DNA of 52,093 nucleotides from a plasmid: sequence record NZ_CP094683.1; one strand, 5' to 3'. Shown piece by piece: positions 46,490 to 52,093 of this stretch (position 1 is its first letter; each line of letters starts with the position of its first letter). The notes under the pieces were generated by a model. It saw only the letters and a program-made list of their open reading frames with translations, ran no database searches and was not told where the DNA came from. The position numbers and the translations under genes were made by a program.

Positions 46490-48403
46490 ATGCAATGGGA
46501 CGAGCGATTTCTAAACGAGCTGCGCGCGCTGCTGCCTGAATATATGGCTCAGAAGCGTATTGTGGTCGGTACACGCGGGAAAAAGCTGATCCACTGCATC
46601 AATCCCGAACACCGCGACAGGACCCCGAGCATGTCGTACCATCCCCAAAGCCGGCGGCTGCATTGCTTCGGATGCGGGGCCAACTACGACCTGTTTGACG
46701 TGATCGCGATGGATTACCCGGACTGCGACAGTTTTTCGCGCCAGGTCAAAAAGGCGTGCGAGCTGTTTGATATCCCGCTGCCGGACAATGCGCCCGCGTC
46801 AAAGCCCGGCGTGCGCGCCGTCAGGCCCGGCGCCGCGCGTCCCGCGCCGCCGGCGCGCCTGACGGCCGATTATACGGACATGGTCCGCGCGGCTGTCGCC
46901 GAGCACGGAGCCGGCGGGAGCTATTTCACAGCGCGCGGCATCCCACGCGCGCTGTGCGAGCGGTACAGCCTTTACGAAGCCGGCGGCCGTGCCTGGATGC
47001 CCGTTTTCCTGGATGGGAAATGTACCTGCTACTGCGCCCGCGCTACCAGTGACAATATAACGCCGCGCTATAAAAACAGCCCCGGCGCCATGGACATATT
47101 TAACGCCGGTTATCTGACCGGCGAGGGAAAGGGCGGCGCCCTGTTCATTGCAGAGGCGATCCTTGACGCGCTGTCGATTGAGGCGTGCGGCTATCGTGCC
47201 GTCGCGCTGTGCGGCGCGGCGAACGTGGGGAAATTTCTGTCGCTGTGCGCCGCGCACCCGGCGGCCGCCGCCGGGTATACGCTGGTTGCGGCCGGCGATA
47301 TGGACGCGGCCGGCGAACGTATGAACCGCTCTTTAAAGGAGGGACTGGAGGCGCTCGGCCTGTCATGCGCGGTTTTGCAGCTTCCGGGCGGCGCGAAGGA
47401 CGCAAATGAGCTGCTGCTTTCCGACCGGGCGGCGCTTGCGCGGGCGCTGGCGGAGTCCGCCGGCGCGGAGCAGGCCGCCTATGCGGCCGAAAGCGCCGCC
47501 CGGTCGCTTGAGGCGCTGCTCGACGCATCCCTGCGCCGCGCCAGCCGCCGCGCCTGCCCGACGGGGTTTGCGGCGCTCGACGATGCGCTTGACGGCGGGC
47601 TGTATGCGGGGCTGTATATTATAGGAGCGATTTCATCGCTCGGCAAGACGTCGTTTGTCCTTCAGATCGCCGATTATATCGCCGCTCATGAAACGGATGT
47701 GCTCTTTTTTTCTTTGGAGATGAGCAAATTTGAACTGATGGCAAAGAGCTTATCGCGCCTGACCTATCAACTCGACGCGCCGGCCGGACACATGCGCGCG
47801 TTTACCGCGCGCCAGGTGCTGCGCGTCGATCCGGATATGCCGCTTGAAAAAAGCATGCTGCTCAATGAGGCGCTGGGCGAATACCGTACCGCCGCCGAGG
47901 GGCTGTTTATCTGGGAAGGGCTGGCGGACATCGGCGCGCGTGAAATTCGTGAGCGCGTACAAAAGCATATTCAGATCCGCGGCTGCAAGCCGGTCGTTGT
48001 AATCGATTATTTGCAGATCCTCAAGCCGGACGACCCGCGCGCGACCGACAAGCAGAATACCGACCGCGCCGTTGTCGAACTCAAGCGCATCAGCCGCGAT
48101 TTTGATCTGCCGGTGCTGGCGATATCGAGCTTTAACCGCGAAAATTACCGCAATGCCGTATCGATGGAAGCTTTCAAGGAAAGCGGAGCGGTTGAATATT
48201 CATCGGACGTCCTGCTTGGGCTGCAACTGGCCGGGGCAGGGGAGGCGGGATTTGACGTGAACGCGGCCAAGGCGCGCAGCCCGCGCGCGGTTGAGCTTGT
48301 CATGCTGAAAAACCGCAATGGGATTCCCTATGCCAAAATTGAATATGCGTATGCGGCGCGGTTTTCATATTTTGGCGAGGGACGCGTGTCGCATAAGCCG
48401 TAA
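46490..48403 (+). CDS. Primase-helicase fusion protein: N-terminal CHC2 zinc finger plus TOPRIM-like primase region, and a C-terminal DnaB-like RecA-fold helicase domain. A plasmid/phage-type replication protein.
   Basis: 'HCINPEHRDRTPSMSY...LHCFGCGANYD' is a CHC2 zinc finger. 'YIIGAISSLGKTSFVLQIA' is a Walker A. 'VVVIDYLQIL' is Walker-B-like. Strong SD AAGGAG. Confidence 0.8.
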   Translation: MQWDERFLNELRALLPEYMAQKRIVVGTRGKKLIHCINPEHRDRTPSMSYHPQSRRLHCFGCGANYDLFDVIAMDYPDCDSFSRQVKKACELFDIPLPDNAPASKPGVRAVRPGAARPAPPARLTADYTDMVRAAVAEHGAGGSYFTARGIPRALCERYSLYEAGGRAWMPVFLDGKCTCYCARATSDNITPRYKNSPGAMDIFNAGYLTGEGKGGALFIAEAILDALSIEACGYRAVALCGAANVGKFLSLCAAHPAAAAGYTLVAAGDMDAAGERMNRSLKEGLEALGLSCAVLQLPGGAKDANELLLSDRAALARALAESAGAEQAAYAAESAARSLEALLDASLRRASRRACPTGFAALDDALDGGLYAGLYIIGAISSLGKTSFVLQIADYIAAHETDVLFFSLEMSKFELMAKSLSRLTYQLDAPAGHMRAFTARQVLRVDPDMPLEKSMLLNEALGEYRTAAEGLFIWEGLADIGAREIRERVQKHIQIRGCKPVVVIDYLQILKPDDPRATDKQNTDRAVVELKRISRDFDLPVLAISSFNRENYRNAVSMEAFKESGAVEYSSDVLLGLQLAGAGEAGFDVNAAKARSPRAVELVMLKNRNGIPYAKIEYAYAARFSYFGEGRVSHKP

Positions 48404-48501
48404 AAAGCCGCAGGGCCGGTGATCGGAGGCCGGCCGCCCGCAGGGGCGGTTCCCGGGCCAAAGATGGCGGTTCAATCGTGCCCCCAAAAGGGGGTGTGCG
48501 C

Positions 48502-48573
48502 ATGGAGTACTTAATCATGCTGGTAGTAATCCTGTTGGTTCTGGATTCCATTTTTCGCAATAAAAAACGATGA
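48502..48573 (+). CDS. 23-aa hydrophobic peptide MEYLIMLVVILLVLDSIFRNKKR. Candidate type I toxin, copy 1.
   Basis: ATG is preceded by the GGGGG SD inside a ccccc-aaaa-ggggg hairpin. The stop overlaps a bidirectional terminator (aacgatgaccg / cggtcatcgtt). Three paralogous copies lie nearby. Confidence 0.45.
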   Translation: MEYLIMLVVILLVLDSIFRNKKR

Positions 48574-48654
48574 CCGCCCCATCCCCTAGCAAAGGATAAC
48601 GGTCATCGTTTTCTCTTTAAACGGGGGCGAACCGTCTGCCGGCAGCGCCTCTTT
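48556..48654 (-). ncRNA. Candidate antisense sRNA (antitoxin), copy 1. Convergent to the peptide ORF and sharing its terminator.
   Basis: Minus-strand promoter TTGACG (48684-48689), 17-bp spacer, TACAAT (48661-48666) with TGc extension. Transcript 5' region AAAGAGGCGCUGCCGGCAGACGGUUCGCCCCC is conserved in all four copies. It ends at the hairpin plus U-run. Confidence 0.35.
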
Positions 48655-48715
48655 ATGTATATTGTAGCACGCGCCGCCGCCGCCGTCAAGCATAGGGAAA
48701 AGATTGACAGATTGA

Positions 48716-48744
48716 TTGACAGAAAATGTCGAATATTGTATCAT
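48716..48744 (+). promoter_or_regulatory. Promoter of peptide copy 2: TTGACA, 17-bp spacer, TATCAT. A duplicated TTGACAG lies just upstream.
   Basis: Read directly. Followed by a ~120-nt GC-rich structured leader. Confidence 0.45.
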
Positions 48745-48869
48745 GAATACGGCGCTGCCACAGACGGCACGCCGGGCCGCGGCCCGGTGATCGGAGGCCA
48801 ACCGCCCGCAGGGGCGGTTCTTGGGCCAAAGATGGCGGTTCAATCGTGCCCCCAAAAGGGGGTGTGCGT

Positions 48870-48941
48870 ATGGAGTACTTAATCGTATTGGTAATTTTGC
48901 TAATCGTGGTAGACTCCGTCCTGCACAATAAAAAACGATAA
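48870..48941 (+). CDS. 23-aa hydrophobic peptide MEYLIVLVILLIVVDSVLHNKKR. Candidate type I toxin, copy 2.
   Basis: Same leader, SD hairpin and terminator arrangement as copy 1. Confidence 0.45.
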   Translation: MEYLIVLVILLIVVDSVLHNKKR

Positions 48942-49018
48942 CCGCCCCACCCTGAGAAAGTGAACGGTTATCGTTAGTACTTAGCAGGGGGCGAACCGTC
49001 TGCCGGCAACGCCTCTTT
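48924..49018 (-). ncRNA. Candidate antisense sRNA, copy 2.
   Basis: Minus-strand promoter TTGACG (49048-49053), 17-bp spacer, TACAAT (49025-49030). Conserved 5' domain. Terminator aacgataaccg / cggttatcgtt with a U-run on the minus side. Confidence 0.35.
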
Positions 49019-49067
49019 ATATATATTGTAGCACGCGTCATCGCCGTCGTCAAGCATAGGGAAAAGA

Positions 49068-49096
49068 TTGACAGAAAATGTCGAATATTGTATCAT
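49068..49096 (+). promoter_or_regulatory. Promoter of peptide copy 3: TTGACA, 17-bp spacer, TATCAT.
   Basis: Near-identical to the copy-2 promoter. Confidence 0.45.
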
Positions 49097-49160
49097 GAAT
49101 ACGGCGTTGCCACAGGCGGCAGGCGGTTAAGCCCCTCCCTTGAGAGAGGGGGTGTTATGT

Positions 49161-49232
49161 ATGGTGGAATTGTTGCTTGCGATTTTATTAGTCGTGGCGA
49201 TTACAGAAGCCGTAAAATACATAAAAAAGTAA
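49161..49232 (+). CDS. 23-aa hydrophobic peptide MVELLLAILLVVAITEAVKYIKK. Candidate type I toxin, copy 3 (diverged).
   Basis: SD GAGAGGGGG. Followed by terminator gtaaccgc / gcggttac with T-runs on both sides. Confidence 0.4.
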   Translation: MVELLLAILLVVAITEAVKYIKK

Positions 49233-49306
49233 CCGCCCTCACAACCAAATGAAGCGGTTACTTTTCCACTGAATTTGGGCGAACCGTCTGCCGACAGCGC
49301 CTCTTT
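49221..49306 (-). ncRNA. Candidate antisense sRNA, copy 3.
   Basis: Minus-strand consensus promoter TTGACA (49336-49341), 17-bp spacer, TATAAT (49313-49318). Conserved 5' domain AAAGAGGCGCUGUCGGCAGACGGUUCGCCC. Confidence 0.35.
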
Positions 49307-49526
49307 AAAATAATTATAGTATACGCCGCCGCGGCTGTCAAGCGTGGCGGTTATATATTTTTAAATAGGTAGCGCACAGGATTGCAGCAAAATACTACAA
49401 AATGTAAAAACAGATGGTGTTATGACAAAATGTTCTTAAAGTATTAAAAGTTTATTCATAAAAAATGAGGAAATAAGGGGCAATAGGTTGGAAAACAGGC
49501 TTTGAAGTGTTAATTATGAAGAAAAA

Positions 49527-49576
49527 GTTACAAAGTGGTAACAATATTGCTTGACATTTCCAATGCTTGTGTTATA
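49527..49576 (+). promoter_or_regulatory. Promoter of the secreted-protein gene (TTGACA 49549-49554, TATACT 49571-49576), preceded by direct repeats GTTACAAAG-TG-GTAACAATA abutting the -35.
   Basis: The same architecture appears upstream of the paralogous gene at 51527 (51369-51442). Confidence 0.45.
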
Positions 49577-49651
49577 CTAAAGCCACAAGGAAATGGCTGG
49601 AGAGTGTTTCCTGTACTTAACCATGAATTTATTCAAGGAGGAGATTTACCG

Positions 49652-50776
49652 ATGAAAAAGCTTCTGGCGGCTGCTCTTGCGGTCGCGACTGTTGCTTCTT
49701 TGAGCACGGTTTCTTTCGCTGCTACAGAGTGGGAGGTTACCGATTATGATCAGACGGTAGCGATCTTTGACGACGGTACGGTTGCCGCTTATGATGGCGC
49801 CAACAGCGTCAAGCCGGACAAGACGTTGTATTTTGCGATTGGCGATCTTGTTTATAATAATGCGGGTGAAAACTGGACTCTCAGCAAAGAATACTTTACT
49901 GATAAGGACTACTTCAAGGTTAAGACTGACAAGGGCGACGAAAACGTCAAGATGATCAAGTCGATGGCTCTGTCCGAGAAAAACATCAACGGCAACCGTG
50001 GTCCTTGGTTCGAGATCAAGCTCAATGACGATTATACCGACAATGAGTACAAGATCAATCCGGAATTTACCTTGACTGTAAAAGAGGATTTCTATCTGCC
50101 GGCCGGCGGAAACACTCTGCGTCCGAACGACGATGATTCCATGGGCGCTGGCGATGTGATCAAGGTTGCCAAGGGCGATAAGATCCACTATGCAGTTGGT
50201 AAGTACTACATCGGCAACACCACCGACGACGCTGACCAGGATTACACGGCCGGCACCGGCGGCATCGTGCTTAAGCCCACCAAGAACGATGACAACGAGA
50301 TCACTTGGGAAGATGAGAACAACACGATCGCTACGCTGAAGTTCTACAGCGATGACGACGCTGCGAAGTTCTTCCCGAAGCTGACCACAAAGTGGGACAA
50401 CGCTGATTATGCCGAGTATTTCGCTGATCAGAATGCGTTCATCTTTGATTTCGTTGGCCGTGCCGCTGGAGAGACCAAGATCGCTTCCACCAGCCGCGCT
50501 ACGCTCGAACTCTACAATCCGTACTATGATTGGGATGAGGACGTGCTGACGGTTGCTCCGGAAGACTGCGTCATCTATCAGATCGTTGACGGCGAGCTGG
50601 TCGATGTGACCGCTTCCTTCACCGCTCTGCAGAACGATGACGGCGACTATGTTTTCCAGACCAAGACCCGTGAACTGGGCTGCTACATCATCGCTGAGGC
50701 TGAGGCTGCCGCTGTCGTTGACCCCGGCACGACTGCTCCGACCGATGAGAAGCCGGTCCCGAACACTGGCCGCTAA
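49652..50776 (+). CDS. Secreted protein of the '...KPVPNTGR-COOH' family. Signal peptide, beta-rich body, Pro/Thr-rich linker, then a C-terminal sortase-like pentapeptide with no TM anchor.
   Basis: ORF-track ORF 49535 trimmed to MKKLLAAALAVATVASLSTVSFA (SD GGAGGAG). Ends 'DPGTTAPTDEKPVPNTGR-stop'. Confidence 0.75.
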   Translation: MKKLLAAALAVATVASLSTVSFAATEWEVTDYDQTVAIFDDGTVAAYDGANSVKPDKTLYFAIGDLVYNNAGENWTLSKEYFTDKDYFKVKTDKGDENVKMIKSMALSEKNINGNRGPWFEIKLNDDYTDNEYKINPEFTLTVKEDFYLPAGGNTLRPNDDDSMGAGDVIKVAKGDKIHYAVGKYYIGNTTDDADQDYTAGTGGIVLKPTKNDDNEITWEDENNTIATLKFYSDDDAAKFFPKLTTKWDNADYAEYFADQNAFIFDFVGRAAGETKIASTSRATLELYNPYYDWDEDVLTVAPEDCVIYQIVDGELVDVTASFTALQNDDGDYVFQTKTRELGCYIIAEAEAAAVVDPGTTAPTDEKPVPNTGR

Positions 50777-50809
50777 TAATTGTTAACATCTAACATTTTT
50801 GGTTCTGTT

Positions 50810-50848
50810 AAAGGGACAGGCGACTCTCCACGCCTGTCCCTTTTTTTG
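50810..50848 (+). terminator. Intrinsic terminator: stem aaagggacaggcg / cgcctgtcccttt, then TTTTTTT.
   Basis: Perfect 13-bp stem plus a T7 run immediately after the secreted-protein gene. Confidence 0.75.
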
Positions 50849-50900
50849 GCTGTTACAATAAAAAAGCAGGCTGCTTGACAAACAGCCTGTTTCCATGCTA

Positions 50901-51000
50901 GAATACAGATAAAGAGGCGCTGTCAGGCAGACGGTATGCCCCCGTTATATTGGAAAACGATAACCGTTCACCGTGGGGGTGGGGCGGTTATCGTTTTTTA
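50901..51000 (+). ncRNA. Candidate antisense sRNA, copy 4 (plus strand).
   Basis: Promoter TTGACA (50865-50870), 18-bp spacer, TAGAAT (50889-50894) with TGc extension. Conserved 5' domain AAAGAGGCGCUGUCAGGCAGACGGUAUGCCCCC. Terminator aacgataaccg / cggttatcgtt plus TTTT. Confidence 0.35.
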
Positions 51001-51059
51001 TTGTGCAGGACGGAGTCCACCACGATCAGTAAAATCACCAATACGATTAAGTACTCCAT
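50988..51059 (-). CDS. 23-aa hydrophobic peptide MEYLIVLVILLIVVDSVLHNKKR (identical to copy 2), inverted copy 4.
   Basis: Within ORF-track ORF 50988..51203. Preceded on the minus strand by the same structured leader and ccccc-aaaa-ggggg SD hairpin. Confidence 0.45.
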   Translation of the reverse strand: MEYLIVLVILLIVVDSVLHNKKR

Positions 51060-51184
51060 GGGCACACCCCCTTTTGGGGGTACGATTATACCGCCATCTT
51101 CGGCCTGAAAGCCGTCCGCGCGGGCGGCTGGCCTCCGATCGCCGGGCCGTGGCCCGGCGTGCCGTCTGTGACAACGCCGGTTAT

Positions 51185-51213
51185 ATTGTACATGATTCGA
51201 CAAAATTTGTCAA
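51185..51213 (-). promoter_or_regulatory. Promoter of peptide copy 4 on the minus strand: TTGACA, 17-bp spacer, TACAAT.
   Basis: Read on the reverse complement. Confidence 0.45.
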
Positions 51214-51368
51214 ATAATGTTTGAAAGTGAATATAATTATACAAAAAACAACAAGCTATAGTAGTTTCTGGACTTGAGTATACAACAGCTTGTGTACATG
51301 AAAAATTAATAATATATTAATAAAATAGAAATAAATATGCAAAAAAAGAATTAAAAAATGACAAATTT

Positions 51369-51442
51369 GTTACAAGCATGCCGCAAAAAGTTACAAAATG
51401 GTTACAAAAATGCTTGACATTGTCATTTTTAGACGTTATAAT
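51369..51442 (+). promoter_or_regulatory. Consensus promoter (TTGACA 51414-51419, 17-bp spacer, TATAAT 51437-51442) preceded by three GTTACAA repeats (51369, 51390, 51401) with 21/11-bp phasing.
   Basis: Read directly. Paralogous to the 49527-49576 element. Confidence 0.5.
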
Positions 51443-51526
51443 TGGAAACAGTTAAGGGAATGGTTGGAGGGCCGCCTTTAGCCAAGATCATTTAAAACTG
51501 ATTTTTCAAGGAGGGAATAAACCATT

Positions 51527-52093
51527 ATGAATGCGAAAAAGCTTTTAAGTGCAATGCTTGCCGGAGCGACGGTCATTTCGATTGCGTCTGTATCCGTCTT
51601 TGCGGGCAATGTGGCGATGGGTACAGCTTATAACAGCGACGGTGAGGCGTCGGAAGATATTGTCGGCTTTACATCCAGCATCAGCGGACTCGCTCTGAAC
51701 TCCCAGGCCAATATAGGCGCTGATCCCGTTTATCCAGGCTCAACGGTCTATATTCCGCTCGCAACTGAAATGAACGAAAAGTTTGGATCTTCCGCTGTTT
51801 TTGTAGAGGATGTCGTGAATGAGGATTATTTCAAGTTCGACGTTGATAAAGATGTCAATGCCAAGCTTGTGAAGTCTGTCACGATTGTTGACGACAAAAA
51901 ACTTTCAGACAATTTGAGCCGTTCCGCATATCTTAAGATTGAGTTTGCGGATACAACTTCAACAGATGAAAGTAAAACGACCGGCGATATCACCTTTAAG
52001 GCGAAGGCGGATTTTGATTCTTATGCAAAAAAGAACGATCAGCCGGTTACAACCGGAAGCAATGTCTGGCAGAAGGATGACAGGTTCACCATT
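51527..52093 (+). CDS. Secreted protein, N-terminal fragment (3' end outside window). Another member of the local secreted-protein family.
   Basis: Frame open to the window end. SD AAGGAGGG. Signal peptide MNAKKLLSAMLAGATVISIASVSVFA. Not in the ORF track because no stop codon lies inside the window. Confidence 0.65.
   Translation, partial: MNAKKLLSAMLAGATVISIASVSVFAGNVAMGTAYNSDGEASEDIVGFTSSISGLALNSQANIGADPVYPGSTVYIPLATEMNEKFGSSAVFVEDVVNEDYFKFDVDKDVNAKLVKSVTIVDDKKLSDNLSRSAYLKIEFADTTSTDESKTTGDITFKAKADFDSYAKKNDQPVTTGSNVWQKDDRFTI

Noticed and set aside
48655-48882. 75-aa plus-strand ORF and 48686..48928 (-), 48586..49053 (-), 48300..48560 (-) across the toxin-like array.
   Set aside because: They span promoters, terminators and structured leaders of the small-peptide modules. 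The conserved unit is the 23-codon ORF, not these.

Overview
High-GC Firmicutes-like (Clostridia-type) DNA, densely coding. Housekeeping and metabolic genes at the 5' end include tRNA-Gly(CCC), a YbjN-like protein, a 1.7-kb alpha-2-macroglobulin-family (A2M) surface protein, an MntP-like membrane protein, a DUF1015-like protein plus adenine deaminase (ade) operon, a TIGR01212-like radical SAM protein (conserved radical-SAM cysteine block near its N-terminus), an RNase-J-like beta-CASP hydrolase, a DmpA-type peptidase, an energy-coupling-factor (ECF) S component with CoaX, a MATE efflux pump, a LacI-regulated sugar-acid cluster (PfkB kinase, HpcH aldolase, 2-hydroxyacid dehydrogenase), a lipid-remodelling operon (esterase, HxxxDG acyltransferase, zinc-ribbon membrane protein, DAG-kinase-family lipid kinase), a DUF218 protein, a PfkB fructokinase, an auxin-efflux-carrier (AEC) transporter, an ABC-F ATPase and RmuC. 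Three things stand out. (1) A family of about ten mosaic GC-rich hairpin repeat elements, resembling E. coli BIME/REP elements, fills intergenic and intercistronic gaps and supplies the stop codons of four genes. (2) A plasmid-like module (iteron-like repeats, a ribbon-helix-helix ParG-like protein, ParA, an AT-rich intergenic region, a primase-helicase fusion) sits next to an AT-richer island (a 456-aa hypothetical protein, an EpsG-like protein, secreted proteins). (3) Most notable: four copies (three tandem, one inverted) of a compact module flank a secreted-protein gene. Each copy carries a 23-aa hydrophobic peptide ORF behind a 5'UTR with a Shine-Dalgarno-sequestering hairpin, a shared bidirectional terminator, and a convergent antisense promoter. 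The promoter signals are strong in most copies (the sense promoter of copy 1 was not located). This is the architecture of a type I toxin-antitoxin locus. The flanking secreted proteins form a paralog family ending in '[I/V]PNTGR-COOH', a sortase-like pentapeptide with no membrane anchor. Two of these genes share an upstream element of 11-bp-phased GTTACAA direct repeats. All functional calls rest on motif recognition by eye; no database search was possible.
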